Part shown: in pieces, positions 38,171 through 50,303 of the stretch
How positions within the stretch are numbered: position 1 is the first letter of the stretch
Layout: each line of letters starts with the position of its first letter
NCBI GenBank assembly: GCA_030264375.1
Contig: JASCQW010000137.1
Location: 25,387,872 to 25,451,871 of the forward strand
DNA from: Carcharhinus longimanus
Taxonomy: Eukaryota
DNA: 64,000 nt
Direction of reading: 5' to 3'
Position numbers and translations under genes: made by a program
Notes under the pieces: model-generated
Told to the model about the DNA's origin: nothing
Database searches by the model: none
The model's input: the letters and a program-made list of their open reading frames with translations, nothing else

Positions 38171-38585
38171 ATGGCACAGTGGTTAGCCATGATGTGGAGA
38201 TGCCAGTCTTGGACTGGGGTAGACAAGGACTTCATCTGATGAAGGAGTAGTGCTCCAAAAGCTCATGATTTCAAATAAACCTATTGGACGTTAACCTGGA
38301 ATCATGTGACCTCTCAACAGTGGTTAGCACTGCTTCCTCACAGCTCCAGGGACCCAGGCCTCAGGTTACTGTGTGAGTGGGTGGGTGTCCTCCGGGTGCT
38401 CCAGTTTCGTCCCACACTCCAAAGATGTGCAGGTTGGGTGGATTGACCATGCTAAATTACCCCTTAATGGCACAGGGATAAACAGGATAAGTATGTGGGG
38501 TTATGGGATAATAGGGTCTTGGCAGAGTTCTAATAGTGCAGGCTCAATAGGCTGAAAGGCCTCCTTCTGCATGGTAGCGATTCTA
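38171..38585 (+). mobile_element. HE1-type SINE with nested Penelope-derived element at 38188-38316
   Basis: TSD ACAGTGGTTAGC at 38176 and 38317; insert contains CTGATGAAGGAGTAGTGCTCCAAAAGCTC. Confidence 0.88.
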
Positions 38586-41132
38586 ATCTATGTTGCTACC
38601 GCAACCAATTTAGACAAGGCATGAGTACTTACAAACAAAAACTGCAGAGCTTTTCCGGAAATCGTGGTAGAAAGAATTGAAAGTGAACCAATGTTGATGC
38701 CAATTGCTAAATACTGACATCAGCAGCAGAGCTGGGCATGCTGCATTCTACTCATAGACAAAAGTGAAACTGAGACTGGATCACATTACACACTTTCCCT
38801 CTAATGATGGCAACTGCTACCTTTAAAGGCATATTACAACAACAATCAGACACAATTTGTCACCATTGTGTATTACACTTAGGAAGCCAATTGGAGGCTG
38901 GACACAAAGGGCAACAGAGTAAGATTAATTTGAAAGCTCTTCAAAAAAACTGACATGGGGGCACACAGGACAAGTTGCATTCTCTGTGCTATAGAATTCT
39001 ATTTGAGTTAACCAATTAGCAGTTCAGAGATGTTGATTTTCAGTTGAAATTTTGTGGATTTCCAATAACTTACAGGGATGAATTGGGAAGCATAAATACT
39101 TCAAACCTTATACTGCAGATACAAAGGAACATTTTCTTCAGTAACAATTAGGTCAGAAGTGTGGTTTGTAAGGTTTACCAGACTTACAGGAATGTATAAG
39201 TTTGAGTTGGCAAGAGATTCTTGACCCTCCCATGTTTCAAACTGATTGCAACCAAAATCATTACATGTTAGGAGCTAACATTTAAGAAATAAAAGTTCAA
39301 TGGTATTAACATGATCCACACCAAGTGGCACAATCAAACACTATTGCTGCAATTAGCAATTGACTTAGTTCCACATCAACAATTCTCACCTGCATCCAGT
39401 ATCTCAGCTTTCCCCTATTTATATGCATTCAAACACCCATCACAATGTAGTTGACGTTAACAAACCTGAACAATGTAATTGATAAGACATTGACGAATAG
39501 GCTGTTAAAAGGAAGAGGAAAGTTTTTTTGGGGTTAGTCAGGGTTAGGTCATTTATAATAAAGTTGGTGGAAGCCCACAGTAATGTGAGCTGCTGAAGGA
39601 AGGATATGCGGTGCACAGTGGCCACTTGGGAGGTGGCCACTGACAGGCCTCTGCCCGGAAGTCTAGGTAGACAAATAGGTTAGAAGCTTTTGTAGGAGGG
39701 CTTAATCGACCATTCACTAAAGAGAAATTTGGTGTCTTCTGGGTCATGACAACAGTTTGGAAATCCCAATCGGCCTCACTTATGCCTCACAGTTGGCCTA
39801 TATACTGGATGCATCTCCACAGCCATGTTGATGGGCAAGCTAGAGGGAAGGAAATTCCTGCTGTAGGAAAGGCATTTCTGAATCTCACCTACATCTGTGG
39901 GCTAATTCTGCATTTCTGACCATTCATGCCAGCAGAAGTGGCACACTGGCACAGAGGAAATACAAGAATCTACGTACCATTTATGAGGGCACTTTTATCT
40001 CAGGGTGCCTGTTGGGCTGGGATGAATGATAAATCAGGCAGGCAGAATATTTTAACTCTTAAACCATCTTTTCTCAGAATATGACCCTTTTCACTGCTGG
40101 ACTGTTCTCTTCCAGCTAAGTGCTGCCTCTGCACTCACTTTGATGCAAACACAATGCAAAGACAATGCAAATCAGAATTTCGGAGACTTACTCTTTTAAA
40201 AAGATTGTCCTGGATTTTTGTTATTCATTACATTAGCATTCTCATATCCCTTATAAGAACAAGGATTAAAGTTCATAATTCTATTTTAAAGAGCCCATGT
40301 CTGTTTGGAACTGTCAATCTAACAATGAACTGAGAGGCACTCCACTGTGGCAATGATAGGTTATGAAATTAGCCACACAACACTAATGCAGTAATAATCT
40401 CTCTCAACCTTATGCCAACTGAAATAGCAAGCACTGATTTTTTCAACAATGCACACAGTTTTTTTTTCAAATGTTTAAAAGGCAGGAGTTTTAAAAGTCT
40501 TGACAGATGACAATTCCTTTTGATTGTTCCTTATGACAGTTCCAATGAGATTATGCACTTTTTATGCACATTTACGTTCATGTCTAACAATTCCAAAAGG
40601 AATGTTCCCTCTCTCAAAAGGCATATTACTTCTCCCAAAGGACCTCAGCCCAAAAGGTGTCCCAGAACCATATCTAAAAGGGTACCATTCCTCACCTATC
40701 CAAGCAAATCCACAAAGTTTAGACCTACTCCTACTAGGTCTATTCTGCACACACTGTGTTCACTTTACCTAGCTGACAAAAAATTTGACATGACTGGAGT
40801 AATCTATTGATTAATAAGGGCAGTGGCTTCCACAAACCACAGATGCACAACTTGGAATGTGTCACCTCATCCAATCCTTCCCTCCCCTGCCACACCTCAT
40901 TTCCAACATCCTCCCCTCCCTCAAAAATGTGAGAAGCTGTGTGCTCAGGGGCCAGATGTCCAGTTCCAGGCCTCCGGATCTGGGCCTCCAGTCATTTTCA
41001 TAATGATGGAAATGCTCTCTATCTCTCAAGAATTTATATCACAAAATGTATTGTTGATGCAAAAGCATTTCCTGCTTGACTTGATTTATGGGATGTTTCA
41101 GCATGCATCCCATGTAGCTCCACAGCACCTAT

Positions 41133-41434
41133 ACGGCACCGTGGCACAGTGGTTAGCAGTGCTGCCTCACAGCGCCAGAGGACCCAGGTTCGATTCCTAG
41201 TTTGGGTCACTGTCTGTGTGGAGTTTGCGCGTCCTCTCTGTGTCTGCATGGGTTTCCTCCAGGTGCTCTGGTTTCCTCCCACAGTTTGAAAGACGTGCTG
41301 GTTAGGTGCATTGGCCATGTTAAATTCTCCCTCAGTGTCGCCAAACAGCTGTCAGAGTGTGGTGACCAGGAGATTTTCACAATCACTTCATTGAAGTGTT
41401 AATGTAAGCCTACTTGTGACTAATAAATAAACTT
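41133..41434 (+). mobile_element. Type-2-tail SINE, full length
   Basis: CGGCACCGTGGCACAGTGGTTAGC head, GGTTCGATTCC B-box, GTAAGCCTACTTGTGACTAATAAATAAACT tail. Confidence 0.92.
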
Positions 41435-41462
41435 CAGTATTGGTCTCCTTATTTAAAGAAAC

Positions 41463-41678
41463 CATGATGTGGAGGTGCCAGTGTTGGACTGGGATAGGCA
41501 CAGTAAGTAGTCTCACAACACGAGATTAAAGTCTAACAGGTTTATTTGGTAGCACGAGCTTTCGGAGCATTGTCCCTTCATCAGGTGAGTGAAGAGGCGG
41601 CTAAAGGGCAGCGCTCCAAAAGCTTGTAACCAAATAAACCTCTTGGACTTTAACCTGGTGTTCTGAGACTACTTACTG
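41463..41678. mobile_element. Penelope-derived foldback mini-element
   Basis: Arms CAGTAAGTAGTCTCA..GGTTTATTTGGT / ACCAAATAAACC..TGAGACTACTTACTG; flanking TATTTAA(A/G)G duplication. Confidence 0.82.
41553..41587 (-). ncRNA. Minimal hammerhead ribozyme motif
   Basis: Minus strand CAC-CTGATGA-A-GGGAC-aat-GCTCC-GAAA-GCTC-GTG; core intact, one stem II mismatch. Confidence 0.6.
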
Positions 41679-41685
41679 TATTTAA

Positions 41686-42581
41686 GGCAAAACCTTACCA
41701 AAAATAGCGAGAGTGTTGTTTACAGTGAGAAAACTGGTGCATTTCTCTCCAGAGAATTCGGTCCGTTTTCTCTCAGAGATCGAGACACCATCTTTAAAGG
41801 GAACCTCGATCAGAACCTGAGTAAACTTCACCACCCCCATCCCCAGGGTCTCAGTGGATTCCCCTCCACCACCACCCCCACCAACACCTGATCGGAGTCA
41901 GCACTTTTCTACTCCCGCCCACCTCAATCCTCGTTCCCTTCTCCCCACCAACCCATCCCCCTCACCCCACCCCAGACCATCAGTCTCTCCCTCCCCTGCC
42001 TTATAGTCTGAGCCGACACCTACCTCCTCCCTACCGCAACGTCTATAGCCATCGCTGGCAGCCCCTGCTGCTCCGCCTGCTCCCTGCCACCATCACATGC
42101 AAATGAATCCCCCACCCCTCCATGAGGATCCCACTGGGGCCAGCCCCTTGGCACAGGTTGGCACTGCCAAGCTGGCAATGCCAACCTGTGTCAAGGTGCA
42201 GTGCCAAGGGGCATTGCCAGGCCACTGCCTGGCCATGACCCTCCTCCGGGGGTTACACTTACCTTTATAATCCTGGGGAGATCCCTCGGACAGGTTCTGC
42301 CCCACTAGGTAAGACCAGTTGGGCCTGTTGTAAATAGCACTGGCATGATGGCATGTCAGTGCCCGCTGAAGATCCAGTAAGGGGGAGGGGGGTACTGGTG
42401 AGAGTGCGTGCTTATGACATGCTAATATACTAAAGAAAGCATTCTGTGGTCCCGTGGCTCATTTCACACCATTCTACCGGCGAGGGGCCAGTAAGATCGA
42501 AACTTGGAAACTTGCCAGCGCAAATCACACTCTCTGGATTTTCAGCATGCAGGCAGAGAGTGTGGGCTCATAATCAACCCC
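41686..42581. mobile_element. GC-rich MITE-like element (Harbinger-like) nested in CR1
   Basis: GGCAAAACCTTACC..AATCAACCCC ends; C-rich core similar to 21502-22420. Confidence 0.5.
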
Positions 42582-42584
42582 ATT

Positions 42585-43062
42585 AATCTGCTAGAAGCAG
42601 TTCAGATAAAGTTTGTTGGTCTACTATTTGAAATGGGTGGGTTATCTTGCGAAGAAAGGTTGGGGAGGTCAAGTTGTATTCATTAGGGTTTAGAAGAGTA
42701 GTGGCGAATTGGATCAAAATCTTTAAGATTGACAGGGTGGAGAGGATGTTTCCTCTTGTCAGAGAATCTAGGACTAGAGGTTATTGTTTAAAAATAAGGA
42801 TCAGTCATTTAAGACAGAGATGAAGAGAATTTTTTTCTCTGTGGGTTGTGGATCTCTGGAACTTTCATTCTTAAACGCCAGTGAAAGCAAAGTCACTGAA
42901 TATGTTTCAGGCTGAGCTACATACAGTCTTCATTAACAAGCGGGTGAAAGGTTATTGGCGTTAGGCAGGAATATGAGGTTAAAGTTACAAGCAGATCAGC
43001 CGTGATCTTACTGAATGGCAGAGCAGGCCTGAGGGTCCAAAGAGGCCTACTCCCCACTCCTG
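42585..43062 (+). mobile_element. CR1 LINE 3' fragment
   Basis: EAVQ..MGGLSCEERLGR peptide; AGGACTAGAGG..TTTAAGACAGAGATGAAGAG; GGCCTACTCC tail. Confidence 0.9.
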
Positions 43063-43067
43063 ATTCA

Positions 43068-43340
43068 CACATTTATATGCTTCTTGATATGACGTGGAGT
43101 GAACTGAATTGGCTGAAGGCAGGCATCTTGTGATGCTGGGGCCCTCCAGCGGAAACTAAGATGGATCATCCACTTGGCACTCCCAGCTGAAGATTGCTGC
43201 AAATGCTTCAGCCTTATCTTTTGCACTGATATGCCAGGCTCCCCGATTATTGAAAATGGGGATATTTGTGGAGCCTCCTCCTTCTCCAGTGAGTTGTTTA
43301 ATTGTCCACCACCATTCATGACTGGATGTGGCAGGACTAA
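43068..43340 (-). mobile_element. CR1-superfamily LINE ORF2 fragment
   Basis: Minus-strand ..LQPIQFTPRHIKK; same family as 36697-37422. Confidence 0.7.
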
Positions 43341-43469
43341 TGACAAATAAGTGCAGTTCTGAGCAAATGCTGTAGCATTGGAAATTCCATTTTCTGGATG
43401 TGGTGTTGAGTGGAGCCTGGAATTTGCCATCTCAGATGACATAAAAGAACAACATACTGGTGAAAACCA

Positions 43470-44440
43470 CCCTCTTGATCAACAATTATCCCCAAATATT
43501 TATAGCTAAAACAGATAATCTGGTTACTGCTGTCTGTAGGCCTTGGTTGTGCATTAACTATTGCTTTTCCTACTGTTGGGGTACTGGATCAGAAACACTA
43601 AGGTATATTATGAAGCCTGACTAGACCCAACAATCTTCTATTTTGGAATTAATTTGAGGATAAGATGCTTCATCCAAGTACAATTCTACTAACAGAAGGG
43701 AAAATGTTTATCAAAAGAAACTTCATTTAACAACACAGTTTAACTATAACAAATGAATTAGTTCATCCTTAACAATGGAACAATACTTAAACATGACAAG
43801 ATACAAATCTTAATAGTAAACCTATTGCTATAATTTTCAATTCAAGCAATATTCCTCTTATAGACTTAAACCCCTGTTTAAAATTAGTTAGCAAAACACA
43901 GGCTTACTTGCTTGTCTTAGATTAATAGTATTGGAACTTTCAGAACATTTCTAAAGAGAGAGACAAACAGAGAGATATGTTTCTTCTGGCAATCTAGACA
44001 GCAACTGCTTGTATTTTAAAATGAAACTGAAACCCTTTCTTTCCTGCAAGCTTAGCTCCTCCCAATAATCACAAGCCTCTGTCTCTGTCTATCAATCTAA
44101 TCAAAACTCTACTCTGAAACCCCCGGGAAACTCAACTAAACACAAATGCATTAGCTCTGCTTAAAACATACACTCCAGGTCTAAAATTAGTACTTATCTT
44201 ATATACCCAGCTACCGATGTAAAGGTTTTGCTAGACAAATTGGCATCCTGCAAAGCAGGTCAGAATTCTAAACATACCCCTTACACGAAACATGATATAA
44301 ATATATTTCTTAAAGGCATAATGTTATTACACTCCTTTACAATAGTTACTGCAGTTCAAAAGATATTTCATTGGCTCTATAGTAATTTTGAATGGCTCAA
44401 GTTCACAAAAGGTTCAATATAAATGCAAGTTCTTTCTTTT
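43470..44440 (+). mobile_element. Deu-domain SINE (AmnSINE1/SacSINE1-like) split by an LTR-like insert
   Basis: AAAACAGATAATCTGG..TTTTCCTAC resumes after the insert as TTACAATAGTTACT..TTCATTGGCT..ATATAAATGCAAGTTCTTTCTTT. Confidence 0.7.
43574..44331. mobile_element. Probable solo LTR (758 bp)
   Basis: TGT..ACA termini, imperfect 4-bp TSD CTAC/CTCC, cleanly interrupts the Deu-SINE. Confidence 0.65.
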
Positions 44441-45446
44441 TGTGCACTGACCTACCAAAGTGACAAATAGGGCCGATGGGCTTTTTATTCTCCATTCTAC
44501 CCTTTCATATTCATAAGTTTCAAAATCAGGAGGAACAAAGATCCTCAGATAGCATCTGTGGTGGTTTTGCCTTAAACATCCTTCCCAACTAGGGTAACAT
44601 TGCTGCTTAATAATCTTTTTACTTAAAACCAAAACCTGCATTGCACCAACAGAGTTGACAGGAGACATTCTTCCCCAAAGCACCTGATCAATACTGCTGT
44701 ACATTATTCTGTCAGCAGTAGGCGAATGTTAGGAGACAGATGAATGGACAGAATAACTGAAAACAATCAAACACTTCCTTAAATACATGGGGATGTATAT
44801 ATTTTTAAGAAACAGGTATGCCAAAATAGGTAGCACTTCAAAAATATATTAACTAATTTTCACTCCAAACAAGTTACAGTTGATGGGTCAGTATAGGTAA
44901 TATTTAAATGCATAAACTCCTGACCACTTATAAAGATTAGAAACTGTATTACCTCATCCATTGATGTGTACAATGGAAGCAGCAAGAACATGCCAGGAAT
45001 GCACATCCTCCATTATTGTCCCCTTGTACTATATTCAATGCTTTCATTGTAACTTCTACATCAATGCAAGACACAAATCCTTATTTTGCTTCTTCTTCCC
45101 CCAGGTCACTCAGGAGGGAAGAGCACCAGTATCTATCCCAGGAATCTTCTTGAGTCCTCTGCCTGAAGCCTGGTCCAACACACAGTGCTCTAACCTCCAC
45201 CACTAGTAGGGTAACGAAGCTAGTCCAAAAGCCAGCACAGGAATTAAACCCTGTGCTTTTAATACCAGTCTGATCCACAATGATCGTCCACACAACTGAA
45301 CCAACTAGACTTCCAAAAAATCAGATTTGCTGTGGCAGCATACTCATTTAGATGCATGTTGTAGTCTGGAACCACGGATAGTGGTGGTGGAGGCTCTAAT
45401 TCTGGTCCATCACAGGAACTTCTGCCACTCTTACCATCGGCGGATA

Positions 45447-45580
45447 GTACGAGCTTTCAGGTGAGTGCTGAAGGAGCGGTGCTCTGAAAGCTTGTGCTAT
45501 CAAATAAACCGGTTGGATTTTAACCTGTTGTTGTGAGACTTCTTACTGTGCCCACCAGTCCAATGCCAGCATCTCCACAC
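45447..45580. mobile_element. Truncated Penelope-derived mini-element
   Basis: TGAAGGAGCGGTGCTCTGAAAGCTTGTG..AAATAAACC..GTGAGACTTCTTACTGTG..CCAGTCCAATGCCAGCATCTCCAC. Confidence 0.75.
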
Positions 45581-46039
45581 CTTGGTGTATTATGATAGGT
45601 TATCCATTCTCAACTTTGCCCCTCATCTGAGGTGCAATGCCCTCACGTTAAGGAGAAAGCAGCCTATGGTCATCTGGGACTGTGGCAACCAACATTTCAT
45701 TTCATTTCATTTTGGATGGGTTTACAAGGTCATATCTATTTGAATGAATGCACCTTCTTCAGCCATCAAGTCCTGGAATGCAACTCGAACCTGCAGTTTT
45801 TGGCCCAGATACAGGGATGTTACTCATTGCATCAAAAGATTTAATATCGCAGGAATACAAGGCGAACGTGGAGAACACCTGCATCCAGGAAGTCCGCATA
45901 ACCTTGGACAATTCTCTAACTCTAACTGCAGTGAGGAGCAGGAAACCAAAAAATTCCAACACTTCACAGCACAATGGACTGTGTTAACTAGAACTATGGG
46001 TTCTGCACACAATCCATGATCATAAGTTGAAGGGTTAGC

Positions 46040-47340
46040 CATGGATTTAGTGCAGCATAAAGCACTTTGTTTGCCCTTCAGGGCTAATTACCATGGTCTT
46101 GCGTATTCTTTTTGTGGTGATCTTTGGGTGAGTAATGTGCCTATTTAATCACTTTCTCATGTCTGGCATTTCTCTGGCATGAATACTGACCTTAACGTCA
46201 GTCAATAGCTTTGTATTTGCACAGAGAAACTTCCCTGGAGGGGTTTTAAGACTGTTATATCCTGTAATTAATATATAAATTGGAGGCACAAAGGCTTAGT
46301 GGTCAACATCAACTCTGGAGTTAAGAGCCAAATGAGGAATTTGGTCAGTTATTAAGAACAGCATTAATAATAATAGCAGTGGCAAAATGTGGAGGAAACA
46401 AAATTATCAGCAGCATTAGCACCATTTATCCCTTAATGCCATCTGCAACATCTAATGTCACATGGTTTCCCTTGGTCTTGTTAGTAGGGTGTGGGTTTCA
46501 ATGGTCACTGCTGGACCCACAGCTTTAAAAATGCAATGAAGGATATGACGTTACCAGCACCAAATGTGCGATGGATAGAGAGAGTTTTTAAAGTTTAATG
46601 GTGTTTGCTATAATGGCTGTGTTATGATTACTGTGGTGAGCCATTTATGAAAAACAATCATCTTAAAAAAAGTACGGCAAGAGAAGCAAATTATATGCTA
46701 CTAATTTCCATACCTTTTAACCTTGAGATATTCAATTCATTAAAATTTAAATTACTAACATTTATAAACACAACAAAAACGTACAAAACCCAGATAGTGT
46801 TTTCATTGGAAGCATTTAATCCGCTGTTTTACCAGTTTAATAGTGCAAATTGCCTGCCGACTGTTGCAAGCAGACTCTGGAGAACTCTCGCCCAGCTCAT
46901 TACCTGAGCACTTAGATTTGTTGAGATGTACAGTGCTATTTTCTCATGGCTGGCCATCAGGCTGGCAAATTGTCCAACTGGCGCGTCTACGTCTCCGTGT
47001 GAAATGTGTAGTATTCAGTAGCGAACCAACAGAATCACTTTGGCATTTTATTGCAGCAAGTTTACAGCACAAAGCTGCGAGGTTCACTGTACTCATTCTT
47101 AGAGGGCTTTATTCTGTGTTGATGTGTAAATTTAAAGTATTCTCAGCCTGCGTGTGCCAATTTTGACTGATACAATTAATGTCTAGAAGACTGATGACAG
47201 CATTACACTGTTATTAAATTGAGCCAAATTTAAAGAAATTGCTATTTCTAATTATATTAAAGAACTTTCCTTGCATGTGCTGTGTCAATTCTCCTGACAC
47301 ACACAAAAAAAATTAAGCCATATAATAAAAGCATTTTTTT
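46040..47340. promoter_or_regulatory. Candidate conserved non-coding block
   Basis: 1.3 kb without recognisable repeats, many TAATTA/ATTAAT/TGACAG motifs and retained CpGs; conservation not verified. Confidence 0.4.
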
Positions 47341-47984
47341 ATTTTGCAAAAGCAGTTGTGCGGTTAAATATAAACTGCTGCTGTGCCCTTAGTTTAATAA
47401 AAATGGTAACTGATTACCTGTCTTGAAGGACATAAAGTTGCTGCATTTGTGTGGTAGGTAAGAATTGAACTTGATACAGAAAGTTAATTCATTTCAAATC
47501 TTGGTACCTTTTCAGCAATGTGTTAAGTGTTAATTATTGAAAATCAACCTCTCTGGCATTGAAAATTAACTATTACAAGAGTGAAGTCTCATTCCTTCAG
47601 CTATTAATTGTTGTTGAATATTTAAAACTTGTAACATTTTTAATTTAATCTGTCCATTTCCAGTCCGGACACGTCGGACAAGTCTAACTTATGGCAGATG
47701 CTGTCAGATGACCTGCTGTCAAAAATTCTAAACAAAGTTAGGTTTGCTGAACTTGATCAGCAGCAGCAGCAGCACAAATCTAAATTATTCACAGTCTATG
47801 TTCCATGTTTATAATTTTGTATTTTGTCAGTGTGATCTTGCTGGTAAATGCAAGGCGTCAAAAATTTAGTATGTAAAAGCATTCAATGGTAGAGCAGACG
47901 CGAAATAAAGGAAAAATACTGAGGATGCTGAAATCTGAAACAAAAACAAAATAAGCTGGAAAATCTCAGCGGGTCTGACAGCAC

Positions 47985-48216
47985 AGCAGCACAATGGCAC
48001 AGTGGCTAGCACTGCTGCCTTACAGGAACCTGGATTTGATTTCCAACTTGGGTCACTGTCCGTGCAGAGTCTGCATGTTCTCCCTGTGTCTGCCTGGGTT
48101 TGCTCCGGTTTCTTCCCACATTCTAAAAGATATACTGGTTAGGTGCATTGGCCATGCTAAATTCTCCCTCAGTGTACCTGAACAGCCGCCAGAGTGTGGC
48201 GATTAGGGGACTTTCA
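47985..48216 (+). mobile_element. Type-2-tail SINE (cut by gap), adjacent to a family-B Penelope arm (47910-47984)
   Basis: Head and CTCAGTGTACCTGAACAGCCGCCAGAGTGTGGCG segment. Confidence 0.85.
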
Positions 48217-48316
48217 NNNNNNNNNNNNNNNNNNNNNNNNNNNNNNNNNNNNNNNNNNNNNNNNNNNNNNNNNNNNNNNNNNNNNNNNNNNNNNNNNNNN
48301 NNNNNNNNNNNNNNNN

Positions 48317-48455
48317 CAACTTTTATACTCGATACTCCGATTTATAAAGGCCAATGTACCAAAAGCACTCTTTACGACCCTATCCACCTGTGGCGTCACT
48401 TTTAAGGAATTCTGTACCTGTATTCCCAGATCCCTCTGTTCAACTGCACTCTTCA
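48317..48455 (-). mobile_element. CR1 LINE fragment
   Basis: EQRDLGIQVQNSLKVTPQVDRVVKSAFGTLAFINRSIEYKS. Confidence 0.9.
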
Positions 48456-48959
48456 GATGCACACTCGATGGGCCAAATGGCCTCCTTTTGAACTGGAGGG
48501 GTTCTATGATTCTACAACCTGGTTGATGTAGTGTAGTGAGAGTATCCAGGAATATAACCTGAGGAGTCGCCCTCAGGAGAGGAGAGGGAGAGGAAAATAA
48601 CCAGTACAGCAGGAGCTGAGAAGATGGCAGCTTTTCTACACTGTGCTTCAACAACAAGAACCTACATTCATATAGCACCTTGCACAACCTCAGGGTAATC
48701 CAATGTACCTTCCAGCCAGTGAAGTATCTTTGAAGCGGAACAACTTGCAACATTTGATACACAGCACACTACATGAACAGAGAAAGCTCCCACAAACATG
48801 GTTATTATCTTCAGAGAATGTCCTTAGTTTTTGTCTCATGTGATCCTGTCTCAGTTTCACTTTTACCTGTGGCCAGACCACATTCCAATGCCTTTTTTTA
48901 AAATTCATTTACAGGATGTGGGCATTGCTGGCTGGGCTCATCCCTAATTGCCCTCCCAT

Positions 48960-49256
48960 GGGCAGCATGGTGGTTAACACTGCTGCCCCATAGTGCCAGG
49001 GACCCCAGTTCAATTCCCAGCTTGGGTTACTACCTGTGTGGGCTCTGCACACTCTCCCCATGTCTGCGTGGGTTTCGTCTGGGTGCCTCCAGTTTCCTCC
49101 CGCAGTCTGAAAGATGTACTGGTGAGATGTATTGGCCATGCTAAATTCTCCCTCAGTGTACCTGAACAGCCGCCAGAGTGTGGCGATTAGGGGACTTTCA
49201 CAGTAATTTCGTCGCAGTGTTGCTATAAGCCTACTTGTGACACTAATAAATAAACC
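48960..49256 (+). mobile_element. Type-2-tail SINE
   Basis: Full head and AAGCCTACTTGTGACACTAATAAATAAAC tail. Confidence 0.9.
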
Positions 49257-49811
49257 TTGGCATCTGTGGAGAGAGGATACTCGAAACGTTGGTAGTATTC
49301 TCTCTCCATAGATGTGCTGAGATTTTCCAACATTTTCTGTTTTGGAGCAGATATGAAATATGTGTAAGCCATATTGCACAATTTCTGCACAATAGTAATT
49401 CTATTCTGCTTGCAATTGCGCAGAATGAACTGACAGTAAGAGAGAGAATCTTATACTTATTTTTGTCCTTTTTAACCATAAAGATACAAAGACACATTTG
49501 AAAAAAAAAATTTCTTGTCTCTTTTTTTCCCATTATGTCAAACACAGAATTCATCTGTGCTACTTGTCCTTTTAAATGCATTAAATAATACTGTGCAATA
49601 CTTACTGTGTCAATATTGAAAATAAGTTGAAAAAGATGTGCTTAAATATCACTTTTCAATGTAAATGCAAAGAAGTGAAGCTAATTTCATTTGGTGTTGG
49701 TACAAGTTCTGGAGCAAAAAGGACCTAATTCACGAGTATGAACAGGAAGAGGGCTAATGACTTGGAAAAATGTGCAAAAAGGGAAGCTAAGAGTCATTCA
49801 AGGAAGGCAGC

Positions 49812-50168
49812 AAAAGAACTTGCATTTTTACAATGCCTTTCACATGATCAAAACATTCTGAAGTGCTTCACAGCCAATTAGATGCTTTCAAAGTGTTAAA
49901 AATATGTTGTGCTGTAATGTAAGCAAACATAGTAGCCAATTTACACAAAACAAAATCCTACAAACTGCAAGGAGATAAAAGACAGGATAATCTGTGGTTA
50001 GTGATGTTGTTTGAGGGGATAAGTGTTAACCAGGACACTGGGGAGAGCTCTCACGTTCTTCTTTGAATAGTGCCATAGAATCTTTTACAACTACCTGAGG
50101 GAGTATGCTCAGTGTACGTTAATCTCTCATCTGAAAAACAGCACCTCTGAAAATGTGACACTTCCTCA
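49812..50168 (-). mobile_element. Deu-domain SINE (AmnSINE1/SacSINE1-like)
   Basis: AAGAACTTGCATTT..GCTTCACAGCCAAT..GATAATCTG..TTAGTGATGTTG..CCAGGACAC..GAATAGTGCCAT..CATCTGAAA, reverse complement of the Deu domain and tail. Confidence 0.75.
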
Positions 50169-50303
50169 AATAAATGGGGAGACAGGAGCAGAGATCAACA
50201 GTGGGTGGTTCTTAAAACTTAAACTGCAAAGGTAGAGAATTAATATGAATTCTTAAAATTAGTGACTATTTCAAGTTTCAAGCACCCCAGGGATAGATAA
50301 GGA

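Noticed and set aside
41133-41205. tRNA genes at SINE heads
   Set aside because: A/B boxes are present but run on into SINE bodies; no complete cloverleaf
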